DNA of 64,000 nt from a virus, in the IMG/VR virus record IMGVR_UViG_2914543266_000001, positions 6,559 through 70,558 of that record; one strand, 5' to 3'. Below, in pieces: positions 1 through 9,688 of the stretch (positions within the stretch are counted from its first letter, which is position 1; every line of letters begins with the position of its first letter). The position numbers were made by a program, and so were the translations under genes. Under the pieces are notes generated by a model. The model saw nothing but the letters and a program-made list of their open reading frames with translations. It ran no database searches and was not told the DNA's origin.

Positions 1-55
1 CGGGGATATCGTGCTCAGGGTTGTATTTGTTCTCTAATCTTTCAAAATCATCCAT
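1..55 (-). CDS. Partial ORF (MDDFERLENKYNPEHDIP...), runs off the window
   Basis: ATG at 55 on the minus strand with upstream GAGGA RBS and the promoter motif at 74-95. Confidence 0.5.
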   Translation of the reverse strand, partial: MDDFERLENKYNPEHDIP

Positions 56-73
56 AACTATTCCTCAATAACT

Positions 74-95
74 TATCCGTATCGTATCACGCACG
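74..95 (-). promoter_or_regulatory. Extended -10 promoter motif CGTGCGTGATACGATACGGATA
   Basis: TGnTACGAT upstream of an ORF; identical 22-mer at 26574-26595 (+). Confidence 0.6.
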
Positions 96-102
96 TACCG
101 CG

Positions 103-699
103 TTATTCTGCCCTCGATACAGAAGCTTCAAAAAAAGGGACGATCGCAGGCGGGGCAGCACCTAGCAAAAAATCCATGGTGATGATCTGCACGCGGGGCA
201 TCCAGAATTTTTGCTTACTAGCGCTGCCGTCTGCCTTGGTGCGATCGTACTGAGCCCAGCCCCATAGCTCTAGGGTGTGGGTAGGGTTGGCGAGAACCTG
301 CCGGCAGCGGTTGATGTGATCGTAGTCGCACATCTTGCGAATATGCGGTTGCCAGTCTTTGCCGCAGGCCTGCACCCATCTGTTGCGCGGCGGGGATACC
401 TCCAGCACGATCGCATCGACAATGCCTAGGATGTCACCGCTGCGGCCCGTGGCGGCGTTGTAGGTCTCACTGGCGGGAAACACTGTTTCAATCTTGGCGC
501 GACGGTTCAGGGCGCGGATACATGCGATCGTGAGGGCGCGGGTGTAGCTCTGGGTGCTGCGGCATTTGATCGCGCCGGGTTTGAAACCATAGTCTTTGCT
601 CAGTTCGTCGATGTGCTGCTGCCCTGCGATCAGTTCGTCGCGGGTGAAGGGCTTGAGCTTTGTGGTGGGTGGGTCAATGAGGCCAATTAGGTGGGTCAT
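103..699 (-). CDS. PD-(D/E)xK-like nuclease, possible Holliday-junction resolvase
   Basis: GDILGIVDAIV...WVQAC motif; located in the replication module. Confidence 0.5.
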   Translation of the reverse strand: MTHLIGLIDPPTTKLKPFTRDELIAGQQHIDELSKDYGFKPGAIKCRSTQSYTRALTIACIRALNRRAKIETVFPASETYNAATGRSGDILGIVDAIVLEVSPPRNRWVQACGKDWQPHIRKMCDYDHINRCRQVLANPTHTLELWGWAQYDRTKADGSASKQKFWMPRVQIITMDFLLGAAPPAIVPFFEASVSRAE

Positions 700-1202
700 T
701 AAGCTGCTTCTCTCATGGCGTCAAAAATACTTATTTGCTGTGCTTCAACTTGTTTTCTTTCCGTAACCGCGATGCAGCTAATCGGCACGACCTCATCGCC
801 CGCCGCGCCAAACCGAATCTTTACCCACGGCCCGTCTACCTGCACTAGATCGCCCGTGCGGTAGTGCTGCGACTTCTTCATCGCCGCCTTCACCGCCTCC
901 AACCGATCGCGCTGGCCCTGCTCCATGCACTCGGTGAATCGCGCCTGGAGCCAGTTGACGTAGGTACTGAACCGCAACTCAACGCGATCGCCCTTTTGGG
1001 GATACCATGCCAATTCCTCCACCCGCGCCGGTTCGTCTACGCCCTCTAGCGATAGCCATAGGTTGCCGTAGCGATCGTGCGTGGAAAAGGTCACGGTGTA
1101 CGGGCGAGGGTGGAAGTCGGCGCGGTAGCACACGCGATCGCCCAGAGTCGGTAGGTGGGGGGAGTTGGGGAAGAACATTACCAACTCCCCGGCGCTATCC
1201 AC
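699..1202 (-). CDS. Hypothetical phage protein
   Basis: 167 aa ORF coupled to its neighbours in the minus-strand operon. Confidence 0.6.
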   Translation of the reverse strand: MDSAGELVMFFPNSPHLPTLGDRVCYRADFHPRPYTVTFSTHDRYGNLWLSLEGVDEPARVEELAWYPQKGDRVELRFSTYVNWLQARFTECMEQGQRDRLEAVKAAMKKSQHYRTGDLVQVDGPWVKIRFGAAGDEVVPISCIAVTERKQVEAQQISIFDAMREAA

Positions 1203-1420
1203 TTCGCCAATGCTTCAAGTGCATCTGCGATTTGCCAACGATATTTGTCTGGCAATAACCAAGGCATTAGCCCTAAGGGGTCGGTGGCCCAGCGTTGATC
1301 TTTAAGTCTGCGCTCTGCGTCGGCAATGGCGTCTTCATGCGATTCATACGAGGGCAGTCCGTTAAGGGTGCGCATCCTGTTCAAGATGGCAAGAGTGGAT
1401 GAGGCTTTAGGAATACTCAC
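1178..1420 (-). CDS. Hypothetical protein
   Basis: 80 aa ORF overlapping the helicase stop codon by 4 nt. Confidence 0.55.
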   Translation of the reverse strand: MSIPKASSTLAILNRMRTLNGLPSYESHEDAIADAERRLKDQRWATDPLGLMPWLLPDKYRWQIADALEALAKWIAPGSW

Positions 1421-3621
1421 GCCGTCACCTCCCCGATCGCGCCTTGGGTCTGCCCCGCCGCCTCACGCTGCAATCGCTCTGCCTTGGCTTTGAGCCAGGT
1501 ATATCGGCCATCACTCTCCCAGCCGTTCATCACCTGCGATCGCCTGCTCGCTGAGGTCTTCGACTTCGCATGCTGCAACTGATCAAAGGTGGTCGCCTCG
1601 ATCAATCGCTGCTCGAACTCCTGCCACCAATCGGGCTTCCCTGGGGTAATCCACGCATGGGTCACAGCGCCGGTGGCATCGCGGCATCCCTGGTCTGGTG
1701 GTGCAGGGCGGTTCAGTACCGGTTCAGCACCTTGGTCCTGCACGGAGCGCGATCGATCGACTGCTACTAAGGACTCTTGGCCCCCATTTGTTAGGGTTTC
1801 AGCCGTTGATTCAGGGCGTGCAGGAGGTACGGCACCTAAATAGTCACGATTCAATTCTTCTTTTTGTTGATCGCCTTCATTTTCTTTGTTTGAAAATTCC
1901 TCGGCTTTTTGGTCTTGTACGTCCTGCACGCCCTGGACAGCCGCCTCAAGTTGCGCCAATTGCTCTGGCAATGTCCGTGCGTCGTAGGGGTATAGGTGAC
2001 CATACTGGGTGGCCCAGGCCCTGAACAACTCAACGCCACCTTCGCCCAGCTTGGAAACGATGCACTCAGGAATGCCGCTATTGCTCTCAAAAAGCCCGTG
2101 ACGGATATTGATCCACACCCATTCGATCGGCACCATCTCACCTCCGATGTGGCGACGATCGACTATGTTCTGGGTCAATATGCTTTTCATCTCAGCTTTC
2201 CAATTGTTCAGAGCATGAGCCCTGACGTTGGCCGCTGCGCAGTAGGCCTTGTAGCAGCTGTAGAGCCAACCCACCTGCACTGGCTGCCGTGGCCCGTGAA
2301 TGTCGGCGGGTTCTAAGCATTCGTTGGCAAAAGCCCACACGCTACTGGTGCTGGCGGCAATGTCGTTGAAATATTGAGCGGCACGTTCGTTGTAGCGTTT
2401 GGGGTTTTTCAGGATTTTGTCGCGCAGTTCCCTATCCATCGACAGCGCCCAGGACACCACATCGGGCACCGACTCCATGAGTTCGTTCTCGAATTGCTCC
2501 GATCGCTGCTCATTTGGGATTGGCTGCGTAAGCACTGGCACCACTCGGCGCTCGAATCCACCGCTTGAACTCGAAGCCATCAGCAGCCCTTTGGCGCTGG
2601 CCACGATGTAACGGGTGTAGTTCACCTCGTTGTCGGCTTTACTGCTGTGCAGGTTGCGGGCGGCTACAGGGCTGCATTCAACCGAGTCGTAGAATGTGGC
2701 CAATCCACTATCTATAAATTCGTTAATGTCTGAGATAGCAACAACCCGGCGACCACTAATGAATTGGCGCACCTTGTCGGGGTCTTTGAAAATGGAAAAG
2801 CTGTTGGCCGCTTGCGTTGACTCACTGCTGAAAATGCTTTGAATCAAGCGAATAAATAAGCCTTTGCCTGAACCGCTCGACCCTTGCAAATGCAAAAACC
2901 GGTGGGGCGCGGTCATGTCTAGCATTAGCGCAATGCAGGCGCGGATGTAGTTATAGTCGCCATCGAAACTCGATTCGATGTAGCGGCGCATCGGCTCAGG
3001 GCATTCGGCCCCTTCGATGTAGTTGTGGGGCACTGAGGCCGTTAGCAGGTTGCCGGGGTCGTGGGGGCTCAGCTTGCCGGTCTTGGTCGATACGGTGCCG
3101 TTTTGGAATGCGAGCAGATCGCGGTTAAAAGTGGTGTCAGTTTTTTTGTAGAGCTTGCCCGCCGCCCATGCCATGGCGTTATTGACGTTCTTGATATGGG
3201 CCAAGGTGCCTTTGCGCTTGCCTTTGCCGTCCACCCAGTAGGCTTTCTCAGCTTCTTGGATGATCGAATGCCTAATTTCGTCATCGTCAATCCGTCTCCA
3301 ATAGCCCAAGCTGGGGTCGTATTCCCTGAAGTGCGACTTCAGCACCTGCACCTGCTTTTGCTCAAAGCACAGGCGAAACAACTCAACTTCTGCTGTGCTG
3401 CCTGCCTGGCATGCGTAGCTTTTGGCGGCGATATCTTCCTGTTGCTGGTCTTTCTCAAACTCGGCGATCTTTTGATCGACGCTGACCTTGGCCATCGTCT
3501 CAATCTTGGCCAGCCTATGTTTGGGCAAGCCCTTTGCTTTACGAGTGATGGATTCCAGAATCCCTTCAAGCCCTGCGTCGCTGACTTTCCAACGGTTTGA
3601 CGTGAATGCTGCTTCTGGCAT
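1417..3621 (-). CDS. P4/D5-family SF3 helicase with C-terminal winged-helix domain
   Basis: D5_N-like LLAFQNGTV..KTGKL.PHDP, Walker A GSSGSGKG, C-terminal VWAFANECL...LYSCYKAYC; start taken as ATG 3621 (ORF track extends to 3684). Confidence 0.9.
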   Translation of the reverse strand: MPEAAFTSNRWKVSDAGLEGILESITRKAKGLPKHRLAKIETMAKVSVDQKIAEFEKDQQQEDIAAKSYACQAGSTAEVELFRLCFEQKQVQVLKSHFREYDPSLGYWRRIDDDEIRHSIIQEAEKAYWVDGKGKRKGTLAHIKNVNNAMAWAAGKLYKKTDTTFNRDLLAFQNGTVSTKTGKLSPHDPGNLLTASVPHNYIEGAECPEPMRRYIESSFDGDYNYIRACIALMLDMTAPHRFLHLQGSSGSGKGLFIRLIQSIFSSESTQAANSFSIFKDPDKVRQFISGRRVVAISDINEFIDSGLATFYDSVECSPVAARNLHSSKADNEVNYTRYIVASAKGLLMASSSSGGFERRVVPVLTQPIPNEQRSEQFENELMESVPDVVSWALSMDRELRDKILKNPKRYNERAAQYFNDIAASTSSVWAFANECLEPADIHGPRQPVQVGWLYSCYKAYCAAANVRAHALNNWKAEMKSILTQNIVDRRHIGGEMVPIEWVWINIRHGLFESNSGIPECIVSKLGEGGVELFRAWATQYGHLYPYDARTLPEQLAQLEAAVQGVQDVQDQKAEEFSNKENEGDQQKEELNRDYLGAVPPARPESTAETLTNGGQESLVAVDRSRSVQDQGAEPVLNRPAPPDQGCRDATGAVTHAWITPGKPDWWQEFEQRLIEATTFDQLQHAKSKTSASRRSQVMNGWESDGRYTWLKAKAERLQREAAGQTQGAIGEVTA
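1812..1935. repeat. Putative replication origin inside the helicase gene: 19-bp inverted repeat around an 86-bp T-rich spacer
   Basis: CAGGGCGTGCAGGAGGTAC (1812-1830) vs reverse complement of 1917-1935 (CAGGGCGTGCAGGACGTAC), 18/19 match. Confidence 0.65.
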
Positions 3622-3623
3622 AG

Positions 3624-4478
3624 CTAAACCAACCCATATTGTTTGCGGTGAGCATCGACCTTGGCCTGCATAACCTTCACCCAAGCATTGGCCTGGTTGA
3701 GCTTGTGCACCGACTCGTAGGCGGCCTTGATTGAGTCGGCATAGTTCTGTTCATGACTTTTGCCGCCGAACATTCCGGCGAGGTCAAACCCATTAACCTT
3801 GTCTAGCCATGCTTCTAAAAATTCGCTGGGGCTCATGGCACTCTTCAACACCTGACGGTATGCAGCGACCTTTGAAACATCAGTGCGATCGCCGTGGATC
3901 TTGAAAAATTCACAGGCCCCACCCGTTGGGTAATCGGGCATCGTAGGGAATAGTGCGATCGATCCTTGAGTCCAGATTGCGGCACTGATCAATGCGGTCA
4001 TGACAGTGTGTTTCCTCCACCCGTCAGAGTCAAAAACGATTGTCATTTTGCAGTCGCGAGGCACTGAGTAAGGGATAGAATCAACGCCGACAAATGCCGC
4101 AGTGGTCACTCCTAACAGTGTCGGCATTGCCGCATCTTTCCAGCCCTCGGTGCCGACTTCACAATCGCTCAGCCTGACATTGGGGCGAACCCATGCGGCG
4201 GTGGCGGTGCCCCATGGGCCGAGGTACTTTTTGGTTTGGCCGTTTTCGTCTACAGGTTTGTCGAGGCGTATTTGGCCGTAGCCTTGAGAGAACGGAAAGT
4301 AAAGCCCTGAGTGATTGCCAAGCTTCATCAGCTTTGATTCGGAGGGAGAGAGGGATCTAACGCCCCATCCCTCACAGATGGCAATTTGCTCTGGCGTAAA
4401 GCCTTCATCAAGTAAATGGTTGTAATGGGCATCGGCGAGCTTGGTTGTGGATGCAACTGCGGTGAACGTAGCAACCAT
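3624..4478 (-). CDS. DUF3854-like / Toprim primase domain protein
   Basis: GTEGWKDA...IVFDSDG Toprim-type motifs; stop codon 2 nt before the helicase ATG. Confidence 0.8.
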   Translation of the reverse strand: MVATFTAVASTTKLADAHYNHLLDEGFTPEQIAICEGWGVRSLSPSESKLMKLGNHSGLYFPFSQGYGQIRLDKPVDENGQTKKYLGPWGTATAAWVRPNVRLSDCEVGTEGWKDAAMPTLLGVTTAAFVGVDSIPYSVPRDCKMTIVFDSDGWRKHTVMTALISAAIWTQGSIALFPTMPDYPTGGACEFFKIHGDRTDVSKVAAYRQVLKSAMSPSEFLEAWLDKVNGFDLAGMFGGKSHEQNYADSIKAAYESVHKLNQANAWVKVMQAKVDAHRKQYGLV

Positions 4479-4511
4479 GAGTCAAAATCCTGTAGCGCTA
4501 AGGTTTACTGT

Positions 4512-6434
4512 TTACTGAAAAATGAAAAGGCGGTGAGAGGCACGGGTCAGCGCCACGTAGAACAGTTGGTTTCGTTCGTAAACGGTGCCGCCGTTGTGCA
4601 GTCGGTTGCGGGCTTTGCACCGCTTCAGGTTCTGCACATCAACGAACACGTACTTAAACGTGCTGCCCTGGCTGCGGTGGGCCGTGAGGGCATAGCTGTA
4701 GGCGATCTGGGCAAAGAGGCGCTTCAGTGCCCAATACTTGCTCCAGTCTTTGGCCTTATGGCGGGCAGCCAGTTCAGCCTGATACTTGGCAGAGTTCTTG
4801 GGCACAGGCACCGTCTCACCCGTATCAAGCCTGAGGTAGTAGCATTCCCATCCCGATACACTACCCTCAAACAAACCCGTGACGGTGGCTTCATCCGAAG
4901 TATTCATAATTGGTTGACCACTGCCACCCGGCATGTAAGGCGCTAAGGCGATGATGCGCTCGCCCACCACCCATGGCTCGCGGTAGCCCAGGGCATTGCG
5001 CACCGCCACGTTGAGCATGTTTACTCTGGCGTTGGTGTAGGCCAGAATGCGGCAGGTGTCTGGATCGTCAAGGTACGCCTGCGAGGTGAATGCCGCCGCG
5101 ATCGTGCCCATCCACTCCTTTTCGGTGCTGACGTAAATGCCCTTATTTCCCTCTCCCACCTCGTGGATGATCTCAGGGTAGGCAGGTGCGTCTAGAGTTT
5201 GTCGCACCTGGTCAGCGAGCACTGCGATCGGGCCGTCGTACCGCTGCACTTGGGTAAGCTCGGCACTGGGGCAGGGGTGACGGAATGCCATTGACTCCGC
5301 TTCACCTACGGGGGGCAGCTGCGCGGCATCGCCCATCAACACGAACCGAGAACCGAACAACCCGCCATCGTGGATCGCGTCTAGCAGGAACTCCCATAGG
5401 TTCTCGCTGATCGTGCTGACCTCGTCGATGATGATGATGCGATAGTCCTGATAGTGCTGGTAGGCGTCGAGGTCGCGCTCGAACACCTCCTCGCCTGCAA
5501 CTTCCTTGCCACGTACACCGAACAACTGAGCGCAGGTGAAAGCGGGGATGCCCGTTAAACCCCACTTCGCCATCATGCGCTCCTGCACCTTCTTTGCCTT
5601 GTTGAAAGGCGCTGAAACTGCAAGCTTTGGGGGAATGGGCATCGCCCTGAGGTGGCGGACAAAGGCTTGAATCGTGGTGGTCTTGCCCGTGCCAGCGTAA
5701 CCGGTGAGCCTGAATAATGGGTCTTCGCTGTAGTACCAATCGCCTAGGGCCTGTAGGGCGGCGCGCTGCTCGTCGCTGGGGGTGAAATCGGCGGGGAATG
5801 TAAAGCCGCGGTCAATGCCGGGGCTGGCTAGCGACCCTGTCTCTACTGGTAGCACCTGGTTGACGTGGTGCCAAAGCGCGATCGTTTCCTTGGGAAACTC
5901 CTTGGGCTCGTCAGTCACAGGTGCTACCTCATTAGCATCAATCCACGACTCAACCTGATCGCGGTGCTTGCAGAACCCATTGCCAAAGGTGTCGCATTCG
6001 CAATTCAGCCGCAGCCCGTGGCGGGTCACGGTGTACTCACTGCGCTTCGTCAGGTTGCGCACCGTCCAGCGATCGCGCCCCTGCACCTCCACCTGTAGCC
6101 GGTCTTGGTATTCGGCTTTGATGGGGTAGGTGATGCCCAGCTTCTTTAGCTTGGCGCGGTGGGGGTGTAGCTCGATCATGGCCTGGATCTCTTCATTAGA
6201 ATTAATCCGCCCGATTTGTTCCTCGCCCCACGGATGCCAGTCGATCCAACCCTGGGTGATCGCGGTGTTCAATGCAACCACGATACGGTTGTGCTGATCG
6301 TCTACCGTTGTTTGGGCGATATGTGTATAATCTTTTGTAAGCATTATTTTGCTTGGCATCGTTTCCTGAGTTTCTGAGTAAGCGTTGTGCCTGATGACTA
6401 TTCCTGACTGAATAAATGGGGCGGACTTATCCAC
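4512..6434 (-). CDS. RecD/Dda-like SF1B helicase with SWIM zinc finger
   Basis: GYAGTGKT, IIIIDE, GDAAQLPPV, YALTAHRSQGSTF, YVALTRA; CECDTFGNGFCKH; true start probably ATG 6359 or 6344. Confidence 0.92.
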   Translation of the reverse strand: MDKSAPFIQSGIVIRHNAYSETQETMPSKIMLTKDYTHIAQTTVDDQHNRIVVALNTAITQGWIDWHPWGEEQIGRINSNEEIQAMIELHPHRAKLKKLGITYPIKAEYQDRLQVEVQGRDRWTVRNLTKRSEYTVTRHGLRLNCECDTFGNGFCKHRDQVESWIDANEVAPVTDEPKEFPKETIALWHHVNQVLPVETGSLASPGIDRGFTFPADFTPSDEQRAALQALGDWYYSEDPLFRLTGYAGTGKTTTIQAFVRHLRAMPIPPKLAVSAPFNKAKKVQERMMAKWGLTGIPAFTCAQLFGVRGKEVAGEEVFERDLDAYQHYQDYRIIIIDEVSTISENLWEFLLDAIHDGGLFGSRFVLMGDAAQLPPVGEAESMAFRHPCPSAELTQVQRYDGPIAVLADQVRQTLDAPAYPEIIHEVGEGNKGIYVSTEKEWMGTIAAAFTSQAYLDDPDTCRILAYTNARVNMLNVAVRNALGYREPWVVGERIIALAPYMPGGSGQPIMNTSDEATVTGLFEGSVSGWECYYLRLDTGETVPVPKNSAKYQAELAARHKAKDWSKYWALKRLFAQIAYSYALTAHRSQGSTFKYVFVDVQNLKRCKARNRLHNGGTVYERNQLFYVALTRASHRLFIFQ

Positions 6435-6446
6435 CGCCCCATTTTT
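6414..6446. terminator. Intrinsic terminator hairpin
   Basis: AAATGGGGCGG-loop-CCGCCCCATTTTT. Confidence 0.7.
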
Positions 6447-6461
6447 GTGTTTACCCTTTGA

Positions 6462-7703
6462 TTACCAGTCGCCCGCAGCAACTAGCGACTGTTGCTCAGC
6501 AACGGGCTCAACAGCCACCGCCTGCGCTACTGATTCGCCTTCCCATGCTGTTACCGTCACAGGGCCACCATCAGTGGGGATGACGCCCTGCACCTTCAGG
6601 TTGGTATGGTCGATCGCGCCGATGTGCTCGGCGGGGATAATCAGGGGAACGCTGCCTTTCTCGGTCATGAACAGGGCCGTCGCGCTGCCGTCTGTGTTCA
6701 GGTTCAGCGTGGCAGCATCGATGAAGCCTGCGCCGTTGTAGGCCACGTCGCCATTGGGCAGCGTGTCAGAGTCAGCAGCACCCATGCCTCGGTTAGGAGC
6801 AGGGAATGCCTCAAACTCTAAGAACAGGTCGCGAATGACTTGGCCTAGTTCACTGGTCTTAGGGATCATGTAATCTGACCAGCGGCCACCCGTCACCTGC
6901 ACCTTGCGATCGTTCTGATCCAGCGTGGCCGTCTTGCCAGTTTTGTCGGCCCCATTCACAGGCTGATGGCGGGCAACAATACAGGTGAATGCTGATTTAT
7001 CGGCATCCTTGGGGATGTGATAACCAACGGTCATTGGCATGGCGATGTACGCCGCAGCGCTTTTGCTGAATGCAGCGCCTGAGGCTTTCTTCCCAGCAAC
7101 CCGTGAAGCTTCGCGGTAAGCTGCCCCTAACTCTTTTTGAAACGCCTGCACTTCACTGTTCAGCGACACCCGGAACGCACCCTTGGCCGTCAGCTGCAAC
7201 GGGCGATCGTGCAAAGGTTGGCCATCTTCGCCCAGAAACATCAGCAAAAACCGCTTAACTTGGCGATAGGGGCAGTCTTTGTCGTCTTTACTATCCTCAA
7301 ACAACTGCCCCCACTTGGTACGGCTATTGCTCTCCCAGGCCACGCCGAGAAAACGCCAGCGATCGTTAACCTTCTCTTGCACCTCAATTTGGCTAGAGTG
7401 CAGCACAACCAAGTTGATCTTTTGGGCAACCCAGCCATGCTCGATCGTTGCAGTTGACTGAGGGTGAATGGGGATGTCCTCGCCCTCGGTCCAGTTAACG
7501 TCGGGACGAAAGCCTACCGCTTGGGCATTGTCGGCGCTGATCGCAATCCCGAACCCTAAAGGATTTTTGTCTAGTAGCTTGGCATTCTTGCCGCCAGCGT
7601 TGATGATCTGAACGTAGGGTAATGAACCCGACTCTTCTAGATCGTCCTGAAACTGGTCAAAGAGATCGTCGTCTTGAACTGCCAAAGAACCGAAGTTAAA
7701 CAT
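6462..7703 (-). CDS. Cyanobacterial DUF5895-like protein, possible ssDNA-binding/annealing factor
   Basis: LPYVQIINAG...GIAISADNAQAVGF N-terminus; lies upstream of the helicases. Confidence 0.5.
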   Translation of the reverse strand: MFNFGSLAVQDDDLFDQFQDDLEESGSLPYVQIINAGGKNAKLLDKNPLGFGIAISADNAQAVGFRPDVNWTEGEDIPIHPQSTATIEHGWVAQKINLVVLHSSQIEVQEKVNDRWRFLGVAWESNSRTKWGQLFEDSKDDKDCPYRQVKRFLLMFLGEDGQPLHDRPLQLTAKGAFRVSLNSEVQAFQKELGAAYREASRVAGKKASGAAFSKSAAAYIAMPMTVGYHIPKDADKSAFTCIVARHQPVNGADKTGKTATLDQNDRKVQVTGGRWSDYMIPKTSELGQVIRDLFLEFEAFPAPNRGMGAADSDTLPNGDVAYNGAGFIDAATLNLNTDGSATALFMTEKGSVPLIIPAEHIGAIDHTNLKVQGVIPTDGGPVTVTAWEGESVAQAVAVEPVAEQQSLVAAGDW

Positions 7704-7796
7704 TAGAGAATTTCCAAACGAAGTGTACTACCTAGCTTTTTGAGTGGGTTCCAGGTCTGCCCACTATATCGATCGCGGAACACTATGGGCGCAAAA

Positions 7797-8009
7797 TTAC
7801 GCCGCGCTAGTCTGCGAAGAAATACACTGCTTTTTGAATTGTCGTGTCCAGTAAGAAACGTTGTGATGCCCCACGCACTCGCCACCAGGCATTGCTTTCA
7901 CATCCTGAAGCAGCTCGGCCGGGGAGATATAGCGCAGCAGTCCAGCTTTATCAGCCTCAGCTAGAATGCTTTCGACCTTTTGGCGGTGCTCTGAATACGC
8001 CCTTGCCAC
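7797..8009 (-). CDS. Cro-like small regulator
   Basis: 70 aa, divergent from the repressor-like gene, first gene of the replication operon. Confidence 0.5.
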   Translation of the reverse strand: MARAYSEHRQKVESILAEADKAGLLRYISPAELLQDVKAMPGGECVGHHNVSYWTRQFKKQCISSQTSAA

Positions 8010-8202
8010 AACTCAACCTCCTGTGTAAATCAAAAATCACTGCAAATCTTCAATACGTAGATATTAGCCTCTATTCCGCGATCGAGTCAATAGTGTATCG
8101 ACCTTAATTTGGCTGATTGCGGCAAGAATACTCATTAAAATTCGTGCGATACGATAAAAAGCCTGATATTTTAGGAGGGTTCGGTTCCATCTTGGGTGTC
8201 GT

Positions 8203-8919
8203 ATGGCAGTAGATCGGGAATATGTAGCGAGGTTGAAGCAGTGGGCCGACGAGGGCGTTGATCGATGTCAAGGGTTAAACGCCTTTGCCCGTGAAACTGC
8301 GACTCGCCTGGAACGTCATGGCCTCAAAGGGATTGCATCTGGAATGATCTCGCGGTGGCGGCGAGAAGAAATATTTGAGCCGGTTGACGATCGCACCCTG
8401 ACGCGGATCGGACTTCTAAAAAATTTCAGCGCCAACCATGACGAGGCAAGGCGGCTTGCCCGTGAATGGCTTGAGGGCGATATAAAGAAAAGCGATGATA
8501 TCCCCACTGCTCAGTACCCCGTATGGCACGGCGTTGATGCGGTGCCTTACGAGCTGCTCAAGGCAGACGAATTGGTAGAACTCGCAGCGAGGTCAGTTGG
8601 CCGCCTGGGGGAGTTGGTGCAGCAGGAGCGATCGCACGACGCGGAAGAACCGCCCGCACCGCAGCCTGAGCCCAACACCGTTACGTCGCTATTGCTGGGC
8701 AAAATGCAGCTGACTAAGCTCGACGTGGAGGGGCTAGCGATCAAACTAGGCGTTGAGCCCGATCGCGCCGCTGCAATATTGGAAGGGCATTTAATGAACT
8801 GCGAAGAATGTCGGGCCGCCGCCGACTTCACGGGGATGACGGTTGAGACCCTAGTTGACTGGGGTGGGTGCATTGAGTCGGCACTACTGCCAGTTCAACC
8901 CGTAAATCCGGCAGGCTAG
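8203..8919 (+). CDS. CI-like repressor (HTH)
   Basis: HTH-like segments (e.g. DVEGLAIKLGVEPDRAAAILEG); divergent switch layout. Confidence 0.55.
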   Translation: MAVDREYVARLKQWADEGVDRCQGLNAFARETATRLERHGLKGIASGMISRWRREEIFEPVDDRTLTRIGLLKNFSANHDEARRLAREWLEGDIKKSDDIPTAQYPVWHGVDAVPYELLKADELVELAARSVGRLGELVQQERSHDAEEPPAPQPEPNTVTSLLLGKMQLTKLDVEGLAIKLGVEPDRAAAILEGHLMNCEECRAAADFTGMTVETLVDWGGCIESALLPVQPVNPAG

Positions 8920-9184
8920 GCGGACTTACTATTTCGAAAGCGCGATCGCGCACTACATTGGCCAGGTGCTGATTCTCAAAACTGAGGGTCAACACCTGGC
9001 CTTTTAGTGTAGGCGTTGATTCCATCTGGATGTGACGTTGCAGGCCAGGGGGCTGAGCCTGCAACCACAGCTCTAAAACGTGATCGCTGAAATCAGTGTG
9101 AAGAGGGGGCATAGTGACGGTCGCACGTAAAAAAACTAATAGCTCACCATACTCAGTACGGATAAGGCTGGATGGCAGATTCAC
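8828..9184 (-). CDS. Hypothetical protein, weak resemblance to DnaA domain I
   Basis: LELWLQ...TLKGQVLTLSFENQHLANVVRD pattern; low certainty. Confidence 0.35.
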   Translation of the reverse strand: MNLPSSLIRTEYGELLVFLRATVTMPPLHTDFSDHVLELWLQAQPPGLQRHIQMESTPTLKGQVLTLSFENQHLANVVRDRAFEIVSPPSLPDLRVELAVVPTQCTHPSQLGSQPSSP

Positions 9185-9189
9185 CAGAT

Positions 9190-9621
9190 TTATAAAACTT
9201 TGCCGTAGTTTATCGCGGATTTCTGCGGAATGCTAAGCATTGGCCACGCCTGCGCCATCTTAGGGTCACCTGCTTTATGCGCGACGTTTAATTGCCGCAA
9301 GTGTTCCTGATTACTCAGTAGATCAGCCAAGGTCGTGCGGCGGGGGTTGGTGCCGGCAACCTGGCAGAGCAGCCGCAGCTTGGCTCGATAGCGGTCTCTG
9401 GGTGCTTTGCCCTTGGCCTTGGCCCATTGCGCGTCGTAGCACTGGCTGCACAAGCCTTTGGCATAGTGAGGGCGATCGGGGTGGCATGTGGCATTGGTAG
9501 GGGAAGGTGCCCGCCGTTTGCCCTTACCCCACTGCGATTTATAGCATTTGCTGCACAGACCTTTGGCATGGTAGGGGCGATCAGGATGGCATGTCGGCGG
9601 TGCGGCAATTTTGCGAGACAT
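9190..9621 (-). CDS. Protein with two Cys/His zinc-finger repeats
   Basis: TCHPDRPYHAKGLCSKCY and TCHPDRPHYAKGLCSQCY; ATG 9621 follows the promoter motif at 9637-9648. Confidence 0.7.
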   Translation of the reverse strand: MSRKIAAPPTCHPDRPYHAKGLCSKCYKSQWGKGKRRAPSPTNATCHPDRPHYAKGLCSQCYDAQWAKAKGKAPRDRYRAKLRLLCQVAGTNPRRTTLADLLSNQEHLRQLNVAHKAGDPKMAQAWPMLSIPQKSAINYGKVL

Positions 9622-9688
9622 TACATTGGGGCGGTTGTATCGTATCACTCTAGGAATGTTAGCATTTCGGGGTAGTTGCGATCGCCCC

